From: a virus
Taxonomy: Duplodnaviria > Caudoviricetes
Direction: 5' to 3' (one strand)
IMG/VR virus record: IMGVR_UViG_3300021399_000098
Length of the DNA: 64,000 bases
In this document: positions 17,804 through 28,611 of the stretch, piece after piece
How positions within the stretch are numbered: position 1 is the stretch's first letter
Layout of the letters: every line of letters begins with the position of its first letter
Notes under the pieces: model-generated
What the model saw: the letters and a program-made list of their open reading frames with translations, nothing else
What the model was told of the DNA's origin: nothing
Database searches by the model: none
Position numbers and translations under genes: made by a program

Positions 17804-20800
17804 TTAATCACCACCCTCAATTATGTCAAGGATTCTGTCATATTCACTTTCAAGTGCTGAAATTTTACTGCTGTGCTGAGTGTCTTGCTGTGTTGACCTA
17901 GTTGCCTCAGACGTTAGGTTAGACTCCAATGCAGCTACTCTAGCTTCCAATGCAGATAGTTGACTTGTCAAACCACTTATGATTGCGTTCTTTGAAACGT
18001 ACAATGCATTTGCGTCAATTGATGCAGCATTATCATCGTGTGTGTTGTTAAGAATCAATCTAGCTTTCAAAACGTCTTCACTTGATACGTTTCTTTCCTT
18101 GGTCAACTCAATTGCTCCTTGGTGTCCATCTTCAGCTCTCCACTCTTCGATTAAGTCGCCTACTGGAACTCTAACGTCTTCCTTTCTAGCACCGTTTACA
18201 GTGTACTCAATTACAATCTCTTCATTTGGTTTGTCATAATAGATATTGTTTATTTCTGACTTACTCTTGAGCTTAATTGACGTAGTACCAATTGTATTGG
18301 TGAACAAAAGCTCATTGTCTTCCTCATCATATGCTAGGCTAGCATTTGCATAGATACCGTCAGCATTTAGTTTAATGATTTGTCCTTCACTTGTGCTGAT
18401 ATTAACACCAACTGCTGGTCTTGTTGCATTCGTGTTGTCAACTGTAATTGACGCATCCTTTGCAGTAATAGCTTCAAGCTTATTTAATACACTGTTTTCC
18501 AATGCAGTAACCCTTGTATCGAGTGCTGTGTCGGCAGTTTCTCTAGCTCTTGTCTCTTCTGTGATTGTGCTGTTAAGTTCAGCATCAGCAGCCTCACGAG
18601 TATTAGCCTCGTCTGTTACGGTAGCAGCAATTGCAGCGTCCTTTGCGTCAACTTCTGACTTAGAATAGAAATCTGTAGGTATTTCTTCCTTAGTTGCAAA
18701 CTTGTTGTCAGCCTCAGCCTTGTAATATACATCTACTGAATTTGCTTTGGTTGTTAGTGTATTTTCCAACAACATGTCAGCGTTTTGTCTAGCAGATGTT
18801 TCGTTATTCAACTGTGTCTGCAACGTAGTGATTTTTGCATTAAGCTCAACGTCAGCAGTTGTCAATGTGTTGATTTGAGTCTGCAATGCAGCATCGGCAG
18901 TTGACCTGTTGCTAGTTTCTGTAGCCAAGTCATTGCTAACTTGAGTGATGTATCTGTTCAAGCTCTGGTCAGCATCTTCTCTTGCAGTCTGCTCTCTAGC
19001 GATTTGCAAGCCCAATGCAACGTCTTCGTTCTGTCTTGTTGAAGCTTCATTGTTGATTGCCGTCTGTAAAGCTGAATCAGCGTTTTCTCTAGCGATAGCC
19101 TCAGTTGAAATTGCATTTGTCAATTCATTGTCTGCTGCTAGTCTCTCTGCTTTCTCTTGAGTGATTGCTGCTTCCAACAAAGCGTCTTTAGACTCTCTTG
19201 TAAGCTTCTCTAAGTCTAAGTCATTCTTGATGCCATCAATTCCTTCAACCTTCAAGCCTGCGCTAGATACGGTTAAATAGCTTTCAGATGCTGAATCAAC
19301 CTTAACGCTAACTTCACCTGCGCTGTTGACTTTAAGTCCATCTTTGAACTCAGCCTCAACTAAGAATATTGAAACGTCAAGGTATTCTTCTTTTTCAGTT
19401 CCGTCTTCCAAGATATAGGTGAACTTCAAGAACTGGCCTTCTCTAGAGCCATAATGGTCTACAAGTTCAACGTCCTTCAATGAAGAGTCCTTATAAACCT
19501 TAATCATTTCACCTAGCTGCTCACCACCAGCATTTGTAAGCTTATAGGCTTCTCTTACGTTTGCATCGAGTCCAATGGTTACTTTTTCAATCTTGACCTT
19601 ATTAGCCTCTATTTCGTCTGATAATGCTTCATCAGCAGCTTCCCTTGCAGCAACTTCAGCAGCAATAGCAGCTTCCAATTCAGCATCTTTGTCTGCTCTA
19701 GCTTGTGCCTCGTCAGCATCAGCTTGTGCCCTTGCAGCAGCTTCCTCATCGATTGCAGTCTGCAAAGCGGTGTCAGCAGATTCACGGATAGCAGCTTCAT
19801 TATCAATTGCCTCTTGTAATGCATTGTCAGCAGCTTCTCTAGCAGTAGCTTCCTCATCTATTGCGTTCTGCAAAGCGGTATCACCAGAAATTCTCTCAGC
19901 TTTTTCAGCTTCAAGTGCTTCCTCTAATGCAGTGTCAGCAGACTCACGGATAGCAGCTTCCTCATCTATTGCGTTCTGCAAAGCGGTATCAGCAGAAATT
20001 CTCTCAGCTTTCTCTTGCTCAAGTGCTTCTTCTAAAGCGGTGTCAGCAGATATGCGCTCTGCTTTCTCTTGTTCAAGTGCTTCTTCTAAAGCGGTGTCAG
20101 CAGAAATTCTTTCAGCTTTTTCCTCTTCCAATGCTTCCTCAAGGGCTGTGTCAGCAGATATGCGCTCAGATTTCTCTTGTTCTAAAGCTTCCTCAAGTGC
20201 GGTGTCAGCGGAGATGCGTTCAGCTTTCTCTTGCTCAAGAGCCTCTTCAAAGGCTTCTTCTAAAGCTGTGTCAGCAGATATGCGCTCTGCTTTCTCTTGC
20301 TCAAGTGCATCTTCCAATGCGGTATCAGCAGAGATACGTTCAGCTTTCTCTTGCTCAAGAGCCTCTTCAAGAGCACTATCACCAGAGATACGCTCTTCCT
20401 TCTCTTGTTCCAAAGCCTCTTCTAGAGCAGAGTCACTAGAAATGCGTTCTTGTATTTCTTCCTCAAGTGCTTCCTCAAGTGCAGAATCACCAGAGATACG
20501 TTCAGCTTTTTCTTGTTCTATCATTTCGATGATAGTTTCTCCGCTTGTGAAAGCTGAAATAACTTCCCAAATTTCTTGGTCAGCAGCTTCTCTTTCGGCC
20601 TTTTCTGTGTCGATTGTCTCAACTAGGTCATCAAGAGGAACTTCAACAAAGTCATCATTATCGAATGTAACAGTGATGTTTTTTGTTTCTGAATCGTAGC
20701 TAGCATTTTTAATTAAGTCAGAAGGATATACGTCTGACAACTTTGCGCTTGCGATTTTATCACCATTATCGTTCTTGAAGACAAAAGACTTACTGTTTCT

Positions 20801-20977
20801 ATCGTATTCAACACCAAAGAATGCGTCAGCTAGAATCTCTTCAATTTCCTTTTCAACGGTTGAACCTGACCCACCTTGACCATCTATGATAGCTTGGCAA
20901 ATCATATTACCTTCGCTCATATACTTGTTTTGCTCCCTGTAGCCATATGGCTGTTGCATTCTGTTTCCTTTATTCAT
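17804..20977 (-). CDS. long coiled-coil fibre-like virion protein with tandem repeats
   Basis: Repeated EQEKAERISADTALEEAL units and AR.AD..L heptads. Confidence 0.7.
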   Translation of the reverse strand: MNKGNRMQQPYGYREQNKYMSEGNMICQAIIDGQGGSGSTVEKEIEEILADAFFGVEYDRNSKSFVFKNDNGDKIASAKLSDVYPSDLIKNASYDSETKNITVTFDNDDFVEVPLDDLVETIDTEKAEREAADQEIWEVISAFTSGETIIEMIEQEKAERISGDSALEEALEEEIQERISSDSALEEALEQEKEERISGDSALEEALEQEKAERISADTALEDALEQEKAERISADTALEEAFEEALEQEKAERISADTALEEALEQEKSERISADTALEEALEEEKAERISADTALEEALEQEKAERISADTALEEALEQEKAERISADTALQNAIDEEAAIRESADTALEEALEAEKAERISGDTALQNAIDEEATAREAADNALQEAIDNEAAIRESADTALQTAIDEEAAARAQADADEAQARADKDAELEAAIAAEVAAREAADEALSDEIEANKVKIEKVTIGLDANVREAYKLTNAGGEQLGEMIKVYKDSSLKDVELVDHYGSREGQFLKFTYILEDGTEKEEYLDVSIFLVEAEFKDGLKVNSAGEVSVKVDSASESYLTVSSAGLKVEGIDGIKNDLDLEKLTRESKDALLEAAITQEKAERLAADNELTNAISTEAIARENADSALQTAINNEASTRQNEDVALGLQIAREQTAREDADQSLNRYITQVSNDLATETSNRSTADAALQTQINTLTTADVELNAKITTLQTQLNNETSARQNADMLLENTLTTKANSVDVYYKAEADNKFATKEEIPTDFYSKSEVDAKDAAIAATVTDEANTREAADAELNSTITEETRARETADTALDTRVTALENSVLNKLEAITAKDASITVDNTNATRPAVGVNISTSEGQIIKLNADGIYANASLAYDEEDNELLFTNTIGTTSIKLKSKSEINNIYYDKPNEEIVIEYTVNGARKEDVRVPVGDLIEEWRAEDGHQGAIELTKERNVSSEDVLKARLILNNTHDDNAASIDANALYVSKNAIISGLTSQLSALEARVAALESNLTSEATRSTQQDTQHSSKISALESEYDRILDIIEGGD
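19770..20520 (-). repeat. imperfect 54-bp (18-aa) coding tandem repeat
   Basis: Recurring gtgtcagcagatatgcgctc / aaagcggtatcagcaga units. Confidence 0.85.
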
Positions 20978-21006
20978 TTTTCAAATATTTTATTAGTTAT
21001 AGTTTA

Positions 21007-23007
21007 TTAAATCAAGTTTCCAATAATTGTGTTAAGGCATTTGTATTCACCGTTAATCCACATATAGATGTCACCATTTTTTCTGACCTCAAATGCATTT
21101 TTTCTGTCAATAGTAGAAGTACCTATGCCGATACTAAACACAGTTTTTTCGTCATCATTGAATCCAGTATTTGATTTATTATATCTACCAAATGCAGCTT
21201 CTTGCTCGTTCTTTGCTTCAACACCTTCTGAAACATTGGCAATTGATACCTTCATGTCATGCACCTCTCTATGCATTACATCAACGATTCCATTACCCTC
21301 ATCAGTATAGTCCGCACGGTCATCGCCTTTCCAGTCAGTTAATGCTGCAACGATGTTTCCGATGTGTGTTGTTGCGCTAATCAAACTTGTTTCTTGTCCT
21401 AGTGCACGAGAACGTTCACTTGCTATGCTTGCTGCCAATGAAACCTCTTCACCTCTAGCGCGTTGTCTCTCAGCCTCTACCTTGCCGTCTATTTCGTTTA
21501 GAACGTCATTCTTAACAGCATTTACATATGTCTTGTCAGCCTTTCCGCTTATTTCTCTCTCAAGAGGTTCTACAATCTCGTCTTGGATGAATATTCTAAG
21601 CTGGCTATCCTTGTTGTCAGTATAAATGTTAGCCTCATCAACAGCATTTGCAGCAACCTTATCAGCGTACTTTCTAGTTCCGTAAATGGTCAATGCAATA
21701 TCCTTATCAGTTGGTTGTCCAACGATGGCAGCATCACTTGCAATTCGGTCAGCAATTTCTTGTTCCAAACCACTCTCAAGGTTTGCAATCTTATTGTCTC
21801 TTCCAACATTATCCTCTTCGATGTCATCAATTAAATCGTCAACCCCATCTATTCTGTTACCCAATGCAGCATCACTAGCAATGCGGTCAGCAATTTCTTG
21901 GTCGATTTTCCCATTCAAGCCATCAACTGCGGCACTCACTTCATTTAATGCAGTCTTGTCAGCTTTTTTATCATCCAAGTTATTGATTGCGTTTGTGATG
22001 TTTGTCTTGTCAACGTTATAGTCAATCTTGTCAACCTTATTGTTCAAGTTAGACTTAACAACATCTACTTCAGCTTTTAAATCATTGAAATCACTCTTAT
22101 TTACCTTGTTTGGTAATGCAACCTCATTGATTTGCCTAATGTCTTCCTTATTTGCATTGATTTGGTTCTGCAAGTCATCAACTCTTCCGTTTAGACCGTC
22201 AATTTCCCTGTCATGCTTAGTCTCCAAAGTTGTGAGTCTTCCATTAAGGGTATCTAATCTAGCGTTGGTGTTGTTCTTGAACGTTGTGTAATCGTTGTTT
22301 AATGAATTGTACTGGTTGTACAAATTCGTTTGAACATCGTTAACTCTATCCTCAAGGGCTGTAAGCCTTGCTTTTGTAGCGTATTTCGAATCGGCATCAG
22401 TTTCAGTAATGAAACCTCTATTCATGACCCACTCCTTAGTTGCTACGTTATCCGTACCTTCTTCGATTAGTTGGTCAACCTCTCTTTTTGTATATACATC
22501 AGACTTTTTGGCATAAGTTTCCTCTGCCTCAGTCTTGTCTAATTTTTTCCCAAGCTCTTCGCTTATCTCAGCGAATTTCCTCTCAGCTTCCTCTTCGAAT
22601 CCTGCGTAATTGTCAACCTTTTGATTCAATGCGGTAATCTCTCCGTCAATTTCACCAAGTCTGTCATAGATTGGGTTGAAGTCATCAACAAGCTCATTCA
22701 ACTTATCGGTGATTTCAACGTCTCTCTGCTGCAAGCCATTAATCTTTTCAGAGTTAGAAGCAATTGCATGAGCTAGACTTTCATTGATGCGTGCTTGAGT
22801 ATCAATGAAACTGTCAACTTTTCCGCTAAGTTCGTTTACCAACTCAAGGTCAGCCTTTTCTTTAGTTGCGCCAGAAAGCTCGCTAATCTCCTTGTCTTGC
22901 TCCTTGTTAGTTTCACGAATGTCACTCAAGTCTGCATTAGGGATGCCGATATATACGTTCTGGTCAGCATAACCATAGTATTCTAGGTGTCTTATTCTTT
23001 TTCCCAT
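21007..23007 (-). CDS. coiled-coil tail fibre-like protein
   Basis: KAD/KLD coiled-coil repeats; C-terminal AFGRYN...FSIGIGTS..RKNAFEV..NG module; TATTTATA at 23039-23046. Confidence 0.65.
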   Translation of the reverse strand: MGKRIRHLEYYGYADQNVYIGIPNADLSDIRETNKEQDKEISELSGATKEKADLELVNELSGKVDSFIDTQARINESLAHAIASNSEKINGLQQRDVEITDKLNELVDDFNPIYDRLGEIDGEITALNQKVDNYAGFEEEAERKFAEISEELGKKLDKTEAEETYAKKSDVYTKREVDQLIEEGTDNVATKEWVMNRGFITETDADSKYATKARLTALEDRVNDVQTNLYNQYNSLNNDYTTFKNNTNARLDTLNGRLTTLETKHDREIDGLNGRVDDLQNQINANKEDIRQINEVALPNKVNKSDFNDLKAEVDVVKSNLNNKVDKIDYNVDKTNITNAINNLDDKKADKTALNEVSAAVDGLNGKIDQEIADRIASDAALGNRIDGVDDLIDDIEEDNVGRDNKIANLESGLEQEIADRIASDAAIVGQPTDKDIALTIYGTRKYADKVAANAVDEANIYTDNKDSQLRIFIQDEIVEPLEREISGKADKTYVNAVKNDVLNEIDGKVEAERQRARGEEVSLAASIASERSRALGQETSLISATTHIGNIVAALTDWKGDDRADYTDEGNGIVDVMHREVHDMKVSIANVSEGVEAKNEQEAAFGRYNKSNTGFNDDEKTVFSIGIGTSTIDRKNAFEVRKNGDIYMWINGEYKCLNTIIGNLI

Positions 23008-23100
23008 ATTATTTAATATATTTAACTAGTTAATTTACTATAAATATCTTCTGTCATTTAAAAAAACAAATGCAATAGAGATTTTCTATTGCACTTATCT

Positions 23101-23643
23101 TTATGCTGTAAATTCAGAAGAATCAACAGGACTACATTGCACTGTTCTATATAATGGAACTGTGCCCCAAAGTGTATGACTGTTGTCATAATTGTTCCTA
23201 CCGTCATTGTTAACAACGAAAAACTCCATATGCTCTGGAGAAATCTGTATTCCAATGTAATCACCCTTCTTGATGTCAACGTTCAGTTCATCCAATGTCT
23301 CTTGGTAGACGCCAACGGTAAGCTTGCCTGTTTTCATGTAAGTTCCCAATTGCTTTTCCTTGTCATAGGATTTCAATTCAGGTTCTTCAATCTTATATAC
23401 ACAAGGTATTTCAACTGGTGTCTTGTACATCACATCATTGGGGTCTGTTTCGCCATACACGGCATCAACTTGAGTCTGTGACGCATCCACTTGGTACAAT
23501 ACAACAGTTTGACCCATATCTTGTTCGATATAGTTCTTACCAATATCTCTTTCCAATGCAAACGACTCTGCATCATAAAATAAACTGTTCCTATTAATTG
23601 GAACACGTCTAATGCTTTTTGTATTAAATTGTATTTTTGCCAT
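23101..23643 (-). CDS. neck / head-completion protein (gp14-like)
   Basis: VVLYQVD...VYGE, and ELNVDIKKGDYI...FFVV; start probably at 23643. Confidence 0.55.
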   Translation of the reverse strand: MAKIQFNTKSIRRVPINRNSLFYDAESFALERDIGKNYIEQDMGQTVVLYQVDASQTQVDAVYGETDPNDVMYKTPVEIPCVYKIEEPELKSYDKEKQLGTYMKTGKLTVGVYQETLDELNVDIKKGDYIGIQISPEHMEFFVVNNDGRNNYDNSHTLWGTVPLYRTVQCSPVDSSEFTA

Positions 23644-23645
23644 AA

Positions 23646-24434
23646 TTAATCTGCATAATGTTTTTCCCAAAGGTCAAGATTCATGCCAGCATCTAGTATA
23701 ACTAGTGTTGGCTTTCCGTCTCTATTGACCATTCCATAATTTTCAACGTTACAAAAATCAGACATTCCTGTTTCCTCAACCAAATCCCTAAGTGCACTCA
23801 ACCATTCTGAATTGTCTATCATATTTTCAATTTCTTCAGAATGATAACCTTCATCTGTTACATAATTGGATTCCAAATAACAGAAAATATCATACAACGT
23901 ATTTCCTTTATACTCTTGATACGGAGTTTTAATATTATCAAAATATTTATTAAACCCAACTGTTGTATCACCTTTGCCATTCTTACTAGAAACTTTCTTT
24001 GAGTTCTGATACCAAACATTGTTCACTGGTATACCCAATATTTTCTCAAAGTCTGTTTCTGTAGCTGGAACAACATTTTCACAAACAATGTATGTAAAAT
24101 TTTCGTCTGCATCAAATACTCTAGCTAATAATGGAGATTTATAACGGTTGTACATTTCATATTCCAATTTATTTTGTTCAACCCCAGCATTTCTATAGTC
24201 ACCCATAGCTAGTTTCAAAACAACATTATCGCTTAATGTGAATACACATCTTGAAGAACCGAAACCATCTGGCTCCCCTAACCATTTAACGCAATATTCA
24301 TACTGTTTCTCCCAATCTCTCCAATCAGAAAAAGCATCGCCACCAAGAATAGACAAGGTTTCAAAAGAAAAGCCTTCTCTATAAGCCTCAAACAGCCTAT
24401 TTTTCTGTGATTCGTTTATTTTAATAATTTTCAT
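23646..24434 (-). CDS. protein kinase-like protein with an N-terminal KIIKINESQ motif
   Basis: GFGSSRCVF (Gly loop), VVLKLA (Lys), QNKLE (helix C Glu), DFCNVENYG (catalytic loop) and ILDAG; TATTTATA at 24451-24458. Confidence 0.7.
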   Translation of the reverse strand: MKIIKINESQKNRLFEAYREGFSFETLSILGGDAFSDWRDWEKQYEYCVKWLGEPDGFGSSRCVFTLSDNVVLKLAMGDYRNAGVEQNKLEYEMYNRYKSPLLARVFDADENFTYIVCENVVPATETDFEKILGIPVNNVWYQNSKKVSSKNGKGDTTVGFNKYFDNIKTPYQEYKGNTLYDIFCYLESNYVTDEGYHSEEIENMIDNSEWLSALRDLVEETGMSDFCNVENYGMVNRDGKPTLVILDAGMNLDLWEKHYAD

Positions 24435-24535
24435 ACAAAGAAACATTTTATATAAATATTTTCAAAAAAACATTTGTCTAGCTATTGATTTTTCAAAATA
24501 AAATATTATATTTTATTAATAAAATATAATATTTT

Positions 24536-26500
24536 ATGGCATTATCATTAAGTAAAATAGAAAAAGCTCACGAATTATTGAAGAATTACAACGGTAGCAA
24601 TTCTTACATAATTAAACTCAGGAACGTCATATTTGCCTACAGACTTAGGGCTATGAACGATTTTGAGGCTGAGTATGTTCTGTGTAATTATGACAAAGAG
24701 CCTAAGTTAATCAATAAAATTGTTAAAATAGCTGATTGGTATGGAGTAAAATGTCAAGAAGAGTGGAAAACTGAATTTACACCGAATAGGTTCAAAATTA
24801 CATGGTTTTTGGGCGAAACATCACAATTCTATCATTTCTATTGTGTCTATAGAAGGTCACAAGAAAAAGCTGTTGAGGTCTTTGCCCCAAAGAAAGGAAT
24901 CCTCACTGATTTCCTATGTGAGGATTGGAACTTGAAAGAAATTGATTTTAAGCCCTACAGCGACAAAAGTGGGCGCACCCTTTATCCTTATCAAGAAGAG
25001 GCTGTAAAGTTCCTTATAAGCCGTAAAAAGGCCATTCTCGCAAGCGAAATGGGCAGTGGTAAGACGTTGGCGGCAATCATAGCAGCATTGGAGGGAAAAT
25101 ACGAGAAGATTCTGATAATATGTCCAGCATCTGTAAAGCTCACTTGGAAAAAAGAATTGAACTTGTTGGTTGACGATGATGATATAACAATAGTTGAGGG
25201 TAGCAAGTGGAAGGAAAACAAATTCACAATCATCAACTATGACATTCTTAGGAATTTCTACGAAGTTCCAACTGAAATTGTCAAAAAGAAGGAACTTAAC
25301 TTGGATGACGATGGAAAAATTGTAAATATCATAAAGGAAAGGGAAGTCGTTTCAAGGAAGAAGTCAGTAATTGAAGAAGCAATGGAAAACAGCCAGCTTT
25401 ACCAATCAAAGTTCGACTTGGTGATAATAGACGAGGCACACAGGCTTTCAAACACCACAAGCGGAATTTTCAAGATAGTTTCTGACCTAATGCACAGAAG
25501 TAACCCTAAAGGTATTTTTGCCATAACTGGAACTCCTATCACCAACCGTCCTATAAATTTCTTCAACATACTGAAGATAATTGATGCTCCGTTGGCTAGT
25601 GATTGGAAATATTATGTTGAAAGATATTGTGACGGAAAGTTCTTCTACAATAAAAAAGAACGTGATGCATACTCTGCAATATTCTGTAGGAAAAAGAAAA
25701 AGGGTAGTTGGTATGACCTCACTCAAGAGGAAAAAGAAGAGCTTGATGGAATACTAGACAAAAACTGCAAGAAAATATGGGTCACTAACGGTTCTTCAAA
25801 CCTAGATGAGCTTCAAGAAGTAGTAAAGTCATACTATCTCAGAAGACTAAAAAGTGATTTCGGAAAGATAGTTAAAAAGACTGTTAAGGTTTTGAATTAC
25901 AAATTAACACCACAAGAAAAAAAGGAATATGACAGCGTATGGGAAGAGTATATTACGTCAAAAAATAACATTGACAAAGAGGATATTGACAAATATAAAA
26001 ATATTACTGAAGGGATTATGTTACGTCAATGGTTAGCAAAATCCATGACATCAAAGACGATTAAACTAGCGCAGAAATGCATAGACAGAGGTTATAAAGT
26101 GGTTATATTCTGCTCGTTTGATGATGAGCTTAACACCATTAAAAAAGCATTTAAAGACATTTGTGTAGTGCATAATGGAAAACAAACTGCCAAGAGGAAA
26201 GACAAAGCTGTGGAAGAGTTTCAAAATAACCCTGATATAAAAGTGTTTATCGGAAACATACAATCCGCTGGAGTTGGCCTTACCCTTGTCGCTTCTCGTG
26301 TTGCAATATTCAACAGCTTTTCATGGGTAAGCGGTGACAATCTGCAAGCAGAAGACAGGATTCACAGATTAAATCAAAAAAATGATGTAACTATTTATTA
26401 TCAAGTTTTTGAAGATACTTTTTATAAGGAAATGCTAGAAAAAGTGAGAGGAAAACAAGAAATAATAAACAATATAATCATTAGCGAAAATGATAAATGA
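24536..26500 (+). CDS. SNF2-family (HARP/SMARCAL1-like) helicase
   Basis: EMGSGKT, IIDEAH, ITGTPITN, AGVGLTL and QAEDRIHR. Confidence 0.9.
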   Translation: MALSLSKIEKAHELLKNYNGSNSYIIKLRNVIFAYRLRAMNDFEAEYVLCNYDKEPKLINKIVKIADWYGVKCQEEWKTEFTPNRFKITWFLGETSQFYHFYCVYRRSQEKAVEVFAPKKGILTDFLCEDWNLKEIDFKPYSDKSGRTLYPYQEEAVKFLISRKKAILASEMGSGKTLAAIIAALEGKYEKILIICPASVKLTWKKELNLLVDDDDITIVEGSKWKENKFTIINYDILRNFYEVPTEIVKKKELNLDDDGKIVNIIKEREVVSRKKSVIEEAMENSQLYQSKFDLVIIDEAHRLSNTTSGIFKIVSDLMHRSNPKGIFAITGTPITNRPINFFNILKIIDAPLASDWKYYVERYCDGKFFYNKKERDAYSAIFCRKKKKGSWYDLTQEEKEELDGILDKNCKKIWVTNGSSNLDELQEVVKSYYLRRLKSDFGKIVKKTVKVLNYKLTPQEKKEYDSVWEEYITSKNNIDKEDIDKYKNITEGIMLRQWLAKSMTSKTIKLAQKCIDRGYKVVIFCSFDDELNTIKKAFKDICVVHNGKQTAKRKDKAVEEFQNNPDIKVFIGNIQSAGVGLTLVASRVAIFNSFSWVSGDNLQAEDRIHRLNQKNDVTIYYQVFEDTFYKEMLEKVRGKQEIINNIIISENDK

Positions 26501-26507
26501 AAACAAT

Positions 26508-27068
26508 ATGAACGTTATTAAAACTGATATTGAAGGTGTTGTGATAATTGAACCAAAAATATTTAAAGACTCTAGAGGGTATTTTTTTGAGTCATTTTCA
26601 CAAAGGGAGTTTGATGAAAATGTAACTCCAATTAATTTCGTACAAGATAACGAAAGTATGTCTTCATATGGAGTTATGAGAGGTTTGCATTTCCAAAAAC
26701 CTCCATATGCTCAAAGCAAGTTGGTAAGATGTGTTAAGGGAAGAGTTTTGGATGTTGCTGTTGACATTAGGAAAGGCAGTCCTACATATGGTAGGCATGT
26801 AGCTGTAGAGCTTACAGAGGATAATCACAGACAATTATTCATCCCTAAAGGATTTGCTCATGGGTTTGCCGTACTGTCAGATGTTGCAGTGTTCCAATAT
26901 AAGTGTGATGAGTTCTATCATCCAGAGGTGGACGGTGGTATCAGTATTATAGACGATTCACTTGGGATAGATTGGAAAATACCAACAGACAAGGCAATAT
27001 TAAGTGAAAAGGACACAAAACATCCTTTGATGACTGAATTTGATTCACCATTTATTTATGAAAAATAA
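26508..27068 (+). CDS. rfbC: dTDP-4-dehydrorhamnose 3,5-epimerase
   Basis: DSRGYFFESF, VQDNES, RGLHFQ, QSKLVRC and GFAHGF. Confidence 0.95.
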   Translation: MNVIKTDIEGVVIIEPKIFKDSRGYFFESFSQREFDENVTPINFVQDNESMSSYGVMRGLHFQKPPYAQSKLVRCVKGRVLDVAVDIRKGSPTYGRHVAVELTEDNHRQLFIPKGFAHGFAVLSDVAVFQYKCDEFYHPEVDGGISIIDDSLGIDWKIPTDKAILSEKDTKHPLMTEFDSPFIYEK

Positions 27069-27088
27069 TTTATACAAAATAACTAGTT

Positions 27089-27934
27089 ATGAACATTAAT
27101 TTAGATGACAAGAAAATTGTAAAAATCGTTTATGCTGTTGATGATTTTACGGAGTTGAGCATTGAATTTAAAGACGGCAACATTTGTGCGGTAAACAAAA
27201 AGTACAAGAATGAAAATTCAAATTTCATGAATGAAATCAAGGACATGTTGGAAAAGAGTAGGTCATCAAATTGGCCAAGTGATATTGTTAGACGCAGGAA
27301 TGAAATTGAACAAGATAGGGAAAACTTGGAAAAGTCTGCCAATGCAAAAAGAACAGCAAAGAATTCTGAAATAAAAAATCTGTACGACTGCAAAAAGTTG
27401 ATAGACATGGACAAAGATGGCAAACTTGATGAAATAGTCAAGGAGCATAAAGAAAATGGTATACTACACAAATATGCTACGTTATTTGACACTTCATGTA
27501 AAAATAAGTCTGATTTTGACAGATTAAATGAAGGTTTAAACGCTTTGGAATATGCCACTAACAAAATTTGTGACAAAAACAAAGAAGAAAAAGCCGTAAA
27601 AAAGGCAATAGAAGATGCAGCAGAAGGTTCAACAGATAAAAAATACGAATCCGATGTTAAAAAGGATTTTATGTCAACTTTAGATACAATCAAAGAAAAC
27701 GCTGAAAAATACATTGATGCCAAAGAATTAGAGGCAAAAAAGCATAAGGAAGAAATAACAGAGCTAATTCCAAACTTTGAAATAACTCGAATATTAATGG
27801 AACTTGTTAAAATGGGATATTTTGAAGAAATTGGAAAACAATCAGATGAGGTTGAAAAATCACTATTTAGGGCTAGGTCAATAGTGGATGCAATAAATAA
27901 AGTTAAGACTAGAAAAACTAAGAATAATGATTGA
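27089..27934 (+). CDS. hypothetical protein
   Basis: 281-aa Lys/Glu-rich ORF. Confidence 0.6.
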   Translation: MNINLDDKKIVKIVYAVDDFTELSIEFKDGNICAVNKKYKNENSNFMNEIKDMLEKSRSSNWPSDIVRRRNEIEQDRENLEKSANAKRTAKNSEIKNLYDCKKLIDMDKDGKLDEIVKEHKENGILHKYATLFDTSCKNKSDFDRLNEGLNALEYATNKICDKNKEEKAVKKAIEDAAEGSTDKKYESDVKKDFMSTLDTIKENAEKYIDAKELEAKKHKEEITELIPNFEITRILMELVKMGYFEEIGKQSDEVEKSLFRARSIVDAINKVKTRKTKNND

Positions 27935-28331
27935 AAAAGACGAGGTGGTTAAACTTGGATTTATAAGACTAATCGGTGAAGAAACTGATGGGTATTACAG
28001 ATATGAGTTTATATTTACTGACAACATTGATGAGTTTTGGGGAGAAAATTTCGAATATAAACCAGCTTGCTTGGTTAACGACTTAACTCCGATGGATGAA
28101 TACATAACCGAAATTCACATTGTAAAAATGAAAATCAAACTAGACCTCATACAAAATTCATGCTGTTTCGGCTTCCAAGACTGTGCGGATGGCATAATTG
28201 CAATGGCATGGGAGAACTTGGACGAATATGATGAATATCCTGAAGAAGGTAGATTGTTCTTTAGATTCGGTGAGACATTAGAAGAGGTCGAAGAAAAATT
28301 AGCAATAAAAAACGTATTAATGATGAATTGA
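27927..28331 (+). CDS. hypothetical protein
   Basis: 134-aa acidic ORF. Confidence 0.6.
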   Translation: MIEKDEVVKLGFIRLIGEETDGYYRYEFIFTDNIDEFWGENFEYKPACLVNDLTPMDEYITEIHIVKMKIKLDLIQNSCCFGFQDCADGIIAMAWENLDEYDEYPEEGRLFFRFGETLEEVEEKLAIKNVLMMN

Positions 28332-28332
28332 T

Positions 28333-28584
28333 ATGGTAGAACCAATTTTTAAAAAAGGAGATTACATTATTAATCGTAATGCTGGCGATATGGCAATCGT
28401 CAAAGGAGTGACAAAGAAAAGCTATTACCAGTTTGATGCTTACTATGGAGGGATGTTTAAAGAATTAAAAGACGTAAAAAATTCAAATTATGACTTGCAA
28501 GTAAACTATCAAAAATTCTGGGATTTTTGTACCGATGATGAAAAGAAAAAACTAAACGATATAATAAAAAAAGGAGAGAATTAA
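28333..28584 (+). CDS. hypothetical protein (SH3-like fold possible)
   Basis: FKKGDYI start; 83 aa. Confidence 0.5.
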   Translation: MVEPIFKKGDYIINRNAGDMAIVKGVTKKSYYQFDAYYGGMFKELKDVKNSNYDLQVNYQKFWDFCTDDEKKKLNDIIKKGEN

Positions 28585-28596
28585 TTCTCTCCTTTT
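28569..28596. terminator. bidirectional terminator
   Basis: aaaaggagagaattaattctctcctttt palindrome between convergent genes. Confidence 0.75.
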
Positions 28597-28611
28597 AATG
28601 CTTATTAAACT

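Noticed and set aside
19770-20520. Possible CRISPR array
   Set aside because: The repeats are contiguous, in frame and vary at synonymous positions. There are no unique spacers and no cas genes.
19575-20699. 374-aa Ser/Ala-rich plus-strand ORF, and similar antisense ORFs such as 47194-47907 and 41108-41584
   Set aside because: These are shadow frames of repetitive or codon-biased genes on the opposite strand, with no promoter or motif support.
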